From: an uncultured beta proteobacterium
GTDB lineage: Bacteria > Pseudomonadota > Gammaproteobacteria > Burkholderiales > Burkholderiaceae_C
Assembly (NCBI GenBank): GCA_903914175.1
Contig: CAIWNX010000170.1
Location: 1-60,001 of the forward strand
DNA: 60,001 bases
Direction of reading: 5' to 3'
Within the stretch, counting starts at the first letter, position 1. Each line of letters starts with the position of its first letter. Shown here piece after piece: positions 36,763-45,471 of this stretch. The notes below the pieces were generated by a model. It did no database searches. It was not told the DNA's origin and saw only the letters and a program-made list of their open reading frames with translations. The translations under genes and the position numbers were made by a program.

Positions 36763-37949
36763 TGCAGACTCCCAGCGAGTTCGAAGATCGGTAAATACAT
36801 GAGAACCACGATGAAGCCAATCACCAAGCCAATCACGGCCATCAGAAGCGGCTCAAACAGACGTGTGAACCATTCCACCCAGCGCGCCATTTCTTCGTCA
36901 TAAAAACTGGCAATGCGTTCCATCATTTCGCCCATCTCGCCGGTGCGCTCGCCAACCTGCAGCATGCGCAGGGAGACCGGTGTCGTCAGACGATGCGTCT
37001 GCATGGCGTGGGAAATCGAGCGGCCTTCGTTGATCTTTGCGGCAGCACCCTGCAGTTGCAGCCGCAGATCGGTTTGCAACAAATCAGACACCATCTTCAG
37101 GGCGGCGCCGATCGGTGTTCCACCGCGCAGCAGCATCCCCAGCGTGCGGTAAAAGCGCGCCAGCTGGTAGACCCGCATGCGTTCGCCGGCAGCGGGCAAC
37201 TGCCACAGACGCTGCATCAACCAGCCGCGTGTAGCGGGCCGCGACAGCAGGTACAGGGCAGCGGCTGCCGCCAGCAGCAGCGCGAGCAGCACCGATGCGC
37301 CGTTGGCTTGCAGCAGTTTTCCCCAGCGCAGCAGCAGGCGCGACAGCAAGGGCAGGTTGGTTCCAATGTCTTCGTAGATGCGGCTGAAGCGCGGCACAAC
37401 ATAGACCATCAGGAAGGTTGTGACCAGCCCACCGGCGCCGATCAGCAGCATGGGGTAGATGGAGGCGCTGACGACCTTCTTGCGCACGACATCAAGCTGG
37501 GCCTGGTAGGCGATGTAGCGCGCCAGCGCTTCACCCAAGTCGCCGGTCTTCTCGCTGGCACGCACGGTGGACACATAGAGCATGGGGAAGGCCGCCGGCA
37601 GCGCCTGCAGCGCGTGCGACAGGGACCGCCCCTCGTAGAGATGCGAGACGACTTGTTGCAACAAGGTTTTGACTTCCGCTCGTGTCTCCTTCTCGGCCAG
37701 TGTGGCGATGCCTTCAACCACCGGCAAGCCAGCTTTCAGGAGTGCGAGCAGTTCCTGGCTGAACAGCATCAGCGAAAACGGGTTGCGACGCCATTGCGTG
37801 GGTGTTTGCCAGCTTCGCTGCGCGCTGATGTTGAGCACCGAGTAGCCCTGGGCGCGTGCCTGGTTGCGGGCGTCCTGTTCGTCTGGCGCGTCCAGTGTCA
37901 GGGCGGCCACGCTGTCCAGGGCGCGCATGACCTTGAGCTCGTATTTCAT
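36759..37949 (-). CDS. gspF: Type II secretion platform protein
   Basis: FSQELLALLKAGLP; YPMLL; VVPRF; VGERTG; FEPLLM; MYLPIF. Confidence 0.93.
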   Translation of the reverse strand: MKYELKVMRALDSVAALTLDAPDEQDARNQARAQGYSVLNISAQRSWQTPTQWRRNPFSLMLFSQELLALLKAGLPVVEGIATLAEKETRAEVKTLLQQVVSHLYEGRSLSHALQALPAAFPMLYVSTVRASEKTGDLGEALARYIAYQAQLDVVRKKVVSASIYPMLLIGAGGLVTTFLMVYVVPRFSRIYEDIGTNLPLLSRLLLRWGKLLQANGASVLLALLLAAAAALYLLSRPATRGWLMQRLWQLPAAGERMRVYQLARFYRTLGMLLRGGTPIGAALKMVSDLLQTDLRLQLQGAAAKINEGRSISHAMQTHRLTTPVSLRMLQVGERTGEMGEMMERIASFYDEEMARWVEWFTRLFEPLLMAVIGLVIGFIVVLMYLPIFELAGSLQ

Positions 37950-37965
37950 GTCGTGTACCGTCGCG

Positions 37966-38409
37966 CTACCAGTTGACAATGTCGGCTGCTTCGTCGCTGC
38001 CGCCGGGCTGGCCATCCTTGCCCAGCGACATGAGATCGAACTCGCCGTGCTCGCCCGGAATCCGGTAGACATAGGCATTGCCCCAGGGATCGACCGGCAC
38101 ACTTTTGGCCAGATAGGGGCCGTCCCATTTGGGCTCGTTGGCGGGTCGCGCGATGAGCGCGGCGAGTCCTTGTTCAGCCACCGGATAGTGGCCGGTATCG
38201 AGCCGGTATTGGTCGAGCGATTTTTCCAGTGCGTCAATCTGGGCGCGCGCCGCCTTGATCTGTGACTTGCCAACCTGAGCGAAGTACTTCGGCCCCACAT
38301 AGCCCGCCAGCAGTCCGATGATGACCATCACCACCAGCAGTTCGAGCAGGGTAAATCCGGTCGCCTTGATCTGGTGGCGCGGGTGGATGGCGTGCAATTT
38401 CGTCTTCAC
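37966..38409 (-). CDS. gspG: Type II secretion major pseudopilin
   Basis: G|FTLLELLVV; LDQYRLDTG.YP..QGL.AL; W.GPYL; DPWGNAY.Y; SLGKDG.PGG; DIVNW. Confidence 0.95.
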   Translation of the reverse strand: MKTKLHAIHPRHQIKATGFTLLELLVVMVIIGLLAGYVGPKYFAQVGKSQIKAARAQIDALEKSLDQYRLDTGHYPVAEQGLAALIARPANEPKWDGPYLAKSVPVDPWGNAYVYRIPGEHGEFDLMSLGKDGQPGGSDEAADIVNW

Positions 38410-38832
38410 AAAGTTCCTGTTGGGTTGTCGCTGGCGCTGACACCCTGTGCCAGCGCGCGAGCGGTGTTGCCGATCTGGTTTGGACTTTAAGCAGACACCG
38501 TAAATGCGTCAGTACGACATACCCTGTATACCGATCTACGCAGAGTGCCCCGTAAATCGATGGGAATAACCCGCACCGGCTGCGTCTGGCGGGGTGAAGC
38601 GCGGGCGCATTTTGGGTCTGGCGTCATTGGAGAAACTGGCGGAAACGGCGTTCCGGTTGACCCTCACGAACTGACGCAATCAGATACAAAGCAACACAAC
38701 TTGCACCGGCACAAACAGACATGATCTGCATCCTGGTCGGGACCGAGGCCAAAACCCCTTCGTTGCGTCTTGCAAGCCGGCAAAGGCGTTGGCAACTGGG
38801 GGTCAATCGTTACTAACTGTGAGGTGATTCAA

Positions 38833-41004
38833 ATGAAATGTTGGAAGCAAAGTTCAGAGCCCGGACTCGACGCGCCGGGTAATTCAGAACAAACCATCAA
38901 AGCGCAAAGGCTGCAACCACGGGGGCGCTTCATTGGCGCGCTGCTGGGCTTGCTGGTGATCGGGGCGGTGCTGAGCGCCTGCGGTGGCGGCCTTGAGATC
39001 GCTGCCAGCAGTATCGCGGGCGCGCCACAGCAGGTTAACGGGGTTGCCGCCACCGGCGCGCCGCTGGCCGGGCAGGTGGTCCTCAGGGACTCGTCGGCCC
39101 AGCGTCGCGACAAGTCAACCATCATCGCCAGTGACGGCTCTTTCGCGATCGATGTTTCCGGCATGACCGCGCCTTTCGTCCTCAAGGCCAGCGGAAACGT
39201 CGACGGCAAGTTGGTCACGATGTTCTCGCTGGCCGAGAAAGCGGGTACCGCCAATATCAACCCGCTGTCAACGGCGGCGCTGGCCAGCGCCGCGGGCGTC
39301 AGCGATCCGGCTGTCGTCTTCGACAAAGCGGATGCCAGTGCCGTCGCAAAAGCCTCGGCGGCGTTGCCAGCCTCGGTGGCCACGCTGCAGTCAAAGTTGG
39401 CGCGCTTGCTCGATGCCTTCGGTACCGACGGCGCGAACCCGGTCACCGGTACCTTTAGCGCCGACCACACCGGCCTGGACGGTGTCTTTGACAACGTCAC
39501 CATCACGCTGGCCAATGGCACGATCACGGTGACCAACATCAGCAGCGGTGCCGTGATCTTCACGGCCGCCGTGGCGGACTTGAAGAACGGGCACTTTACC
39601 GATAACGATGACGACCTGCCACGACCGGGTTCGCGTCCGGTGGCGCCCAGCGGCGTGACCGCCACGGGCGGCGCTGGGCAACTGACGCTGTCCTGGGACC
39701 CGGTGCCGGGTGCGACCTCGTACGATGTCTACTATCAAACCGATTCCGGTACGCAACAGCAAAGCGATGACAGCGACGAGCATGCAACCCGACTCAGGAA
39801 TGTCACCAGTCCCCTGGTCATCACCGGGCTGGCGCCCAGCACCAGCTACCGGTTGCGCCTGCGCGCTTTGAACAACCAGCTCAAGGGCAGTTTCTCGGCT
39901 AGCGTCGTGGCGAGTACGACGGCCACCACACCGGCTGCGATCATTCCGGCTGCAGCACTTGACGTTCGTGCCACCGGCGGCAGCAAACAGGTGAGTGTGA
40001 GCTGGGCCAGTGTGACCGGTGCCACCTCGTACAACCTGTATTGGTCAACCAGCAGCGGTGTCACGACTGCCAATGGCACAAAGATCAGTGGCGCCACCAG
40101 CCCCTCGGTTCAGACCGGTTTGAGTGATGCGACGAACTACTTCTACATCGTCACAGCCGTCAACAGCGCCGGCGAGGGCCCGGCTTCGACGCAGGTTGCG
40201 GCGACCACGCTGCCAGCCACACCGCCGGCAACGGCGCCCGCCGCGCCGCCGGTTGTCAGTGCCAGCGCCAGCAGTGGACAAGTGACGCTGAGCTGGCCGG
40301 CCGTTGCAGGAGCGACCTTCTACAACGTCTATTGGTCAACGACCAGCGGTGTTCTGACAACGACCGGAACCGTGATCTCGGGCGTCAGCAGCCCGTTTGT
40401 GCACACCGGGCTTGCCGCCAGTACCGCGTATTTTTATGTTGTCACAGCCGGCAACAGCGTAGGACAGAGTGCGGCATCGACACAGGTCAGCGCAACGACC
40501 AGTGCGCCGGTGGCGACGGTACCGGCAGCACCGCAGGGCTTGACCGCCGTCGGCGCTGCTGGCCAGGTCACCGTGTCCTGGAACGCTGCGGCGAGCGCAA
40601 CTTCCTACAACCTTTACCGGGGCACGACGTCCGGTGTCAGCGTGGCAACGGGTACGAAATTCACCGGCGTCACCAGCCCCTTGACGCAGACCGGGTTGGC
40701 CAGTGGCAGCACGTTCTTCTATATCGTGACGGCCGTGAACGCCACCGGCGAGAGTCTGGCATCAGCACCGGTGTCGGCCAGCACGACGGCAGCAGCAATC
40801 GATGGCGCAGCGCTCTATACCCAGTTCTGCAGCGGCTGTCATGGTCCGTTGGCAACGTCACAGCATAAGGGGGCGTCGGTCGGTTCCATCACCAGCGGCA
40901 TCGCTGGCATTGCGTCGATGCGGACACGCTTCAATGCGACCAACGGCACGCTGATCATGCTCACGCCGGCGCAAATCAGCGCGATCTCATTGGCACTTCA
41001 ATAA
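38833..41004 (+). CDS. Extracellular lipoprotein with four FN3 domains and a C-terminal monoheme cytochrome c (PgcA-like)
   Basis: GAGGTG RBS; LSAC lipobox; GVAATGAPL...ANINPLS...HTGLDGVFD domain; four (V/L)SW..(V/A)..AT.Y..Y FN3 units; DGAALYTQFCSGCH. Confidence 0.85.
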   Translation: MKCWKQSSEPGLDAPGNSEQTIKAQRLQPRGRFIGALLGLLVIGAVLSACGGGLEIAASSIAGAPQQVNGVAATGAPLAGQVVLRDSSAQRRDKSTIIASDGSFAIDVSGMTAPFVLKASGNVDGKLVTMFSLAEKAGTANINPLSTAALASAAGVSDPAVVFDKADASAVAKASAALPASVATLQSKLARLLDAFGTDGANPVTGTFSADHTGLDGVFDNVTITLANGTITVTNISSGAVIFTAAVADLKNGHFTDNDDDLPRPGSRPVAPSGVTATGGAGQLTLSWDPVPGATSYDVYYQTDSGTQQQSDDSDEHATRLRNVTSPLVITGLAPSTSYRLRLRALNNQLKGSFSASVVASTTATTPAAIIPAAALDVRATGGSKQVSVSWASVTGATSYNLYWSTSSGVTTANGTKISGATSPSVQTGLSDATNYFYIVTAVNSAGEGPASTQVAATTLPATPPATAPAAPPVVSASASSGQVTLSWPAVAGATFYNVYWSTTSGVLTTTGTVISGVSSPFVHTGLAASTAYFYVVTAGNSVGQSAASTQVSATTSAPVATVPAAPQGLTAVGAAGQVTVSWNAAASATSYNLYRGTTSGVSVATGTKFTGVTSPLTQTGLASGSTFFYIVTAVNATGESLASAPVSASTTAAAIDGAALYTQFCSGCHGPLATSQHKGASVGSITSGIAGIASMRTRFNATNGTLIMLTPAQISAISLALQ

Positions 41005-41027
41005 CCGACTGTTGGCACTCACCAAAC

Positions 41028-41054
41028 AAAAGGGCTCCTGATGGAGCCCTTTTT
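41028..41054. terminator. Bidirectional Rho-independent terminator
   Basis: AAAAGGGCTCC-tgat-GGAGCCCTTTTT between convergent genes. Confidence 0.85.
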
Positions 41055-41084
41055 CATTGGCAACTGGCGTCGCGCCAACGCGGC

Positions 41085-41606
41085 TCAGTTGGCGTGCGCC
41101 GCGATGCCTGCTGCGAACCACGCGCCACCCAGGTTGCGGATCAGGAGCACCGGACTGGCGCAATCGGCTGGCGGCGCCGGGACGAGTGTGTCGTCGATGC
41201 GGAAGTCGCCGTTGGCATCCAGCGGCACGCCAGTGGGGTTGCTGTTGTACTGGGTGAATGGGGCGCTGGCGTCGCAGATCAGGGTTGCCATCACGCTTTG
41301 GTTGGCGGTGCCGCCGATGCTGTTGCCACCACCGAGCAGCAGACCGCGCCCGTCGACCCGGATGCGGGCGTCATCCTTGACGCTGGCCTTCAACTCGCGG
41401 ATCACCCAGATGTTGCCGGGCGGCTGCACGCCGCGCACGATGTTGCGGTTCACCGTCTCGGCGCTGCCAGCCGGCCCCGGGCCGCTGGAGACCGGGATGA
41501 CGCCGATGCCGTGGTCGAAGACCAGCAGGTTGCTGGCCGCCATGGCCGGCGCCATGCTGATTCCTGCGAGCAGTGCCAAAGCACCGAGTTTGTGTTTGCA
41601 ATTCAT
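41085..41606 (-). CDS. Secreted hypothetical protein
   Basis: AGGAG RBS; signal peptide (MAPAMA); two Cys in the mature part; ends WFAAGIAAHAN. Confidence 0.8.
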   Translation of the reverse strand: MNCKHKLGALALLAGISMAPAMAASNLLVFDHGIGVIPVSSGPGPAGSAETVNRNIVRGVQPPGNIWVIRELKASVKDDARIRVDGRGLLLGGGNSIGGTANQSVMATLICDASAPFTQYNSNPTGVPLDANGDFRIDDTLVPAPPADCASPVLLIRNLGGAWFAAGIAAHAN

Positions 41607-41728
41607 ACGCATATCTCCTGAACAGTGGTGGAACAAGCCGCACAACACGCCACTGCCGACTCCGTACGTACGGTGTTGGCCGCTTGATCGTGATCCAGTG
41701 AATCGAACGTGGCATGACGGCAATGGAG

Positions 41729-41756
41729 TAAACGAAGCGCACTGCGTGTTTATTCC
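41729..41756 (-). promoter_or_regulatory. Putative ECF sigma promoter
   Basis: GGAATAAA-N14-CGTTTA on the minus strand, with boxes identical to 44973-45000. Confidence 0.65.
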
Positions 41757-41952
41757 GCGCTGGCGTCACAAGACAGATGAATGGGGTCAAACCCGCTGTC
41801 GTCTTGCCACCGATGCGTGCAAGGCTGCATGTGCCAATGGACGTTCGCGTTTATGGGGGGGCATATCACCCCCGTTCAGGCAAAAAGCCCCACCTGATCT
41901 GCTTTGAAGCAATGATTTTGCGAGCGAACGGCAGGTTTTTGCGATTTATCGC

Positions 41953-41968
41953 GGGCACGGGAAATGCA
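41953..41968 (+). promoter_or_regulatory. Possible sigma-54 promoter
   Basis: GGGCACGGGAAATGCA with correct GG/GC spacing, upstream of the hemerythrin-like gene. Confidence 0.45.
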
Positions 41969-42047
41969 TGACAAAAAAGTGCTTGCTAAATCCCTGCCGG
42001 CTTTGCACCGCAGACCAGCCTATACAAATCTATCAAGAGGTGACCCC

Positions 42048-42524
42048 ATGAATTTGAACTTTCCCCCGCCTGGCAGATTCAAGACGCCGGAAGGATTGCG
42101 CCTGGGTCACGACGACGCGCGTGCTGAACTGGTTCGCACATCGACGATGGGCGGCCTCGTTGGCGACGCTGCGAAGTTGGTGGCCAACATCTGTCTGCCG
42201 CATTTTGAGTACGAGGAAAAATTCGTGTTTCCGGTCTTCTCTTTGTTGCCTGATATTTCCGCTGGACGGGTGCGCCCCGAGATGGCCGACGTATTGCCGC
42301 TGGTTTACGGTTTCATGGCATGGCACGATACCTTTAATGCCCAGCATGAATCGATTGGCGCTGCTGTCCATGCGCTGCTGGCGGTCGGCTACAAGGAAGA
42401 TAACCGGGAGGTCATCGAGTTCGGCTACTCCTTGCGGGCGCACGAAAGAATGGAGCACGAAGTGATCTATCCAACGGTATTGCTGATCGGGAAGTTTGTG
42501 CAGGAAAAACTCGGCATCAAGTGA
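42048..42524 (+). CDS. Hemerythrin-like (HHE cation-binding) protein
   Basis: GAGG RBS; GH; HFEYEE..VFP; QH; HERMEHEVIYP. Confidence 0.8.
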   Translation: MNLNFPPPGRFKTPEGLRLGHDDARAELVRTSTMGGLVGDAAKLVANICLPHFEYEEKFVFPVFSLLPDISAGRVRPEMADVLPLVYGFMAWHDTFNAQHESIGAAVHALLAVGYKEDNREVIEFGYSLRAHERMEHEVIYPTVLLIGKFVQEKLGIK

Positions 42525-42686
42525 ACTTCGCCGGTACCCATCATTTTGAATAGGGCGGCGACCGATCTTTTTGTGTAGCGTCTGTCAGTGATATGGGGGT
42601 TGGCACCACCCAAAAAATCGGGTTTTACCCCGCTGCGTTGCGGCGTGTCCGAAATTAAAGTTCGCCAACTTTCAAAAGGAATCACG

Positions 42687-43157
42687 ATGCAACGTATTGC
42701 GCTTCTCACCCTTGTCTGTACCGCGCTCGGTGGACCCGCGCTGGCAGCCGTTGACGTGACGGACCCCTGGGTGCGCCCGACCACAGCGTTCCAGAAATCG
42801 ACCGCGGCCTTTATGCAGCTCACATCCTCCAGTGACGCGCGCTTGGTCAAGGCCGAGTCGCCGCTTGCCACGCAGGTCGAGATTCACCAGATGGTGATGA
42901 AGAACTACCGCATGAAGATGCAATCGGTTGCACTTGTCGAACTGCCAGCGGGCCAACCGATCGCGCTTAGGCCGGATGGCTACATGGTGATGCTGACCGG
43001 TCTGAAGCAACAGATCAGGCAAGGCGACAGCATCCCGATCTCGATTGTTGTCGAAGGCAGTGACAGGAAGCGCCAAACAATTCAAGTCACTGCGCTGGCC
43101 GATGCGCGGCAGGTGAATGCCTCTGGCGAGGTGGTGCATGCACATCACCATGAATAA
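42687..43157 (+). CDS. Periplasmic copper chaperone, PCu(A)C family
   Basis: Signal peptide; V.DPWVR; TAAFM; VEIHQM...MKM; L.PDGY(M)VML.GLK; His-rich tail. Confidence 0.88.
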   Translation: MQRIALLTLVCTALGGPALAAVDVTDPWVRPTTAFQKSTAAFMQLTSSSDARLVKAESPLATQVEIHQMVMKNYRMKMQSVALVELPAGQPIALRPDGYMVMLTGLKQQIRQGDSIPISIVVEGSDRKRQTIQVTALADARQVNASGEVVHAHHHE

Positions 43158-44160
43158 ATATCTTTTGCCCGCCGTGATCGCGATCATGGCCTGTGATGCC
43201 AGCGCTTCCTGTGGCTCGGCCTTTTGCTCTGCCAATACGAATTGGGATACGCAGGGCTATTCGGGTGCCGACGGACTGCGCATTGATCTGCGCTATTCCT
43301 ATGCCCGGGCCGACCGACTTCGAGCCGGTACATCGAGAATCCCGCCGCAATCACCGAGCGGCAGCGACGAGGAGATCGAGGACTTGGGCACGACCAATCA
43401 GGTGCTCAATCTCGACCTCGAATACAGCCTCAGTCCGCGCTGGCGTATCGCGCTGGGTGCGCCGCTGTTGCTGCGTGATCATTCGCACACGTTTGACTCA
43501 TCCGTCGTCCCGGCATTCACACAGCAGGCGAAATTCACGTCGCTGGGCGATGTCCGGGTGGTCGGTCGATACCGGTTTGATTTGGAGGACACACACTTCG
43601 GCGCAGGCGGTCTGCGCCTGGGGCTGAAGTTGCCAACCGGCGCCATCGACCAGGTGATGACGCCGGCCGATCCAACCGGGGACCCGGCCAGTCCGGGCAA
43701 TCCGCATCCACTGGACCGCGCCTCGCAACCGGGCAGCGGAAGCACCGATCTCATCGTGGGTGCCTATGGCTACTACAGTCACCCGGGCAGCGACTGGGGC
43801 TGGTTCGTGAGCGGGCAACTGCAGCGCGCCATCGCCGTGCGTGACGACTTCCGACCCGGTGCCGAAATTACCCTCGATCTGGGTCTGCATTACACGCTCA
43901 CGCCGACCCTGACCGGCATGCTGCAGTTCAACGCACAGCACCGCGAGCGTGACAGCGGCAGCAATGCCAATCCGGCCTCAGGCGGGTATTCCCTGCACCT
44001 GAGTCCGGGTCTGAGTTATGAGTTGGCGCCAGGCACGCAACTGTATGGTCTGCTGCAAGTCGCACTGAGGCAGTCTGTGAATACCGATCCGGCGGCGCCG
44101 GGGTCAGGGCAGTTGACTGCACCCTGGTCGCTGTCGGTGGGTATCAGTCACCGCTACTGA
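43150..44160 (+). CDS. Outer-membrane beta-barrel (putative transporter) with N-terminal CGSAFC motif
   Basis: Signal peptide; LGDV; LGLKLPTG; QPGSGSTD; LSPGLSY; terminal aromatic residue; overlaps the copper chaperone gene. Confidence 0.75.
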   Translation: MNKYLLPAVIAIMACDASASCGSAFCSANTNWDTQGYSGADGLRIDLRYSYARADRLRAGTSRIPPQSPSGSDEEIEDLGTTNQVLNLDLEYSLSPRWRIALGAPLLLRDHSHTFDSSVVPAFTQQAKFTSLGDVRVVGRYRFDLEDTHFGAGGLRLGLKLPTGAIDQVMTPADPTGDPASPGNPHPLDRASQPGSGSTDLIVGAYGYYSHPGSDWGWFVSGQLQRAIAVRDDFRPGAEITLDLGLHYTLTPTLTGMLQFNAQHRERDSGSNANPASGGYSLHLSPGLSYELAPGTQLYGLLQVALRQSVNTDPAAPGSGQLTAPWSLSVGISHRY

Positions 44161-44166
44161 GCGCCA

Positions 44167-44661
44167 CTACTTCAGTTGTTCCGCCACCCTGGCAATACCG
44201 GCCAGGGCGCAGACTTCATCCTTGTCACCGCCGGGTGCGCCCGATACACCGACAGCGCCGATGGGGATGCCGCCGGCCCTGATCGGAACGCCGCCACCCA
44301 CCGCCACCACGTCTGGAATCTGCAGCAAATAGGCATTGGCCGGCATGTCCGTTGCGGCCTTGAACTCGAGCGAAGTCTGGTTGCGCGTGCGCGCCGTATA
44401 GGCCTTCTTGCGGGCAAACTCCATGGTGTGCGGACTGGTGCCGTCACCGCGCAGGGATGCGCGCACGATGCCGGCATTGTCAACCACCACCACGGTTACT
44501 GCGTAGCCGGTCTTGGTGCAGTCCGCCACCGCGCCCTCGATGATCATCTGTGCCATTTTCATGGATACGTTCTTGTCGGTCAGCGGTGCCTGGGCCTGCG
44601 CTGATACGACACCAAAGACAGCGATGGCAACCGATGCCAATAGTTGAAGATTGCGTTTCAT
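44167..44661 (-). CDS. GlcG/HbpS-family heme-binding protein, secreted
   Basis: VTVVVVD..G; ARKKAYTA; GGGVPI; GAVGVSGAPGGDKDE.CA.AG. Confidence 0.9.
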   Translation of the reverse strand: MKRNLQLLASVAIAVFGVVSAQAQAPLTDKNVSMKMAQMIIEGAVADCTKTGYAVTVVVVDNAGIVRASLRGDGTSPHTMEFARKKAYTARTRNQTSLEFKAATDMPANAYLLQIPDVVAVGGGVPIRAGGIPIGAVGVSGAPGGDKDEVCALAGIARVAEQLK

Positions 44662-44972
44662 TTGGATGCTCCTGTTTCATGTAATAAGCGAGACGCGCGA
44701 AAAATCCACGCATCGAAAAGCATTGGGCACCAAGGCATTCAAGAAAGTTTGTCGGCATGAAATTGGATGACTTTTGAATAGGGTCATTTTCAAAAATGCA
44801 AATGCAGACTGCACGGCGCATCAAGGCCGCGCGACATCTGCATGCATCGCTATCAGCAGTTACCCGCTAACCAAATACACAAAACGCCTGACGCCTTTCG
44901 CGTGCCGGGCCGATAGAGTGCCAGTGCCACGGTGTCCTCAATGGTGCTTTGCAAGACAAATTGTTAATCGCT

Positions 44973-45000
44973 GGAATAAATCATCGGCACCCGGCGTTTA
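44973..45000 (+). promoter_or_regulatory. Putative autoregulatory ECF promoter
   Basis: GGAATAAA-N14-CGTTTA directly upstream of the operon encoding the ECF sigma factor. Confidence 0.7.
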
Positions 45001-45042
45001 TCTCTGTACACACCACTTGGTGCGAATCAACCTGGAGTCAAC

Positions 45043-45441
45043 ATGAAAAATTCACTCTCATCCTTCGTGCGCAATTCAGCGCTGAGCTTGTTTTATTCGA
45101 CCCTCATGCTGGGTGCGTCTGCCGCGCTGGCGGAGGCTCCTGTCAAGGTTGCGGACGGCATTTTGACGGGACCCAATGGCATGACGCTTTACACCTTCGA
45201 CAAGGATGTTGCGGGCAGTGACAAGTCGGCGTGCAACGGGCCCTGCGCGGCCAACTGGCCGCCCCTGATGGCCAGCGCGACTGACCAGCCAGCTGGTGAG
45301 TTCAGCATCGTCACCCGCGACGATGGCCAGAAGCAGTGGGCGATCAAAGGCAAGCCTTTGTACTATTGGGTCAAGGACAGCAAGCCCGGCGAAACCACGG
45401 GCGATGGCGTCAACAAGGTGTGGCAAGTCGCCAAGTCCTGA
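45043..45441 (+). CDS. Secreted repeat protein (COG4315-like)
   Basis: GMTLYTFDKD; SACNGPCAANWPPL; RDDG.KQWA.KGKPLY.W.KD.KPG...GDGV..VW. Confidence 0.88.
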   Translation: MKNSLSSFVRNSALSLFYSTLMLGASAALAEAPVKVADGILTGPNGMTLYTFDKDVAGSDKSACNGPCAANWPPLMASATDQPAGEFSIVTRDDGQKQWAIKGKPLYYWVKDSKPGETTGDGVNKVWQVAKS

Positions 45442-45471
45442 GCCATCAAGTCAGGCCTCATCGGGACGGGC

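Noticed and set aside
38410-38832. GEMM-I (c-di-GMP/cGAMP) riboswitch upstream of the PgcA-like gene
   Set aside because: The GGCAAA...GAAA...GGACGCAAA-type consensus could not be found by eye.
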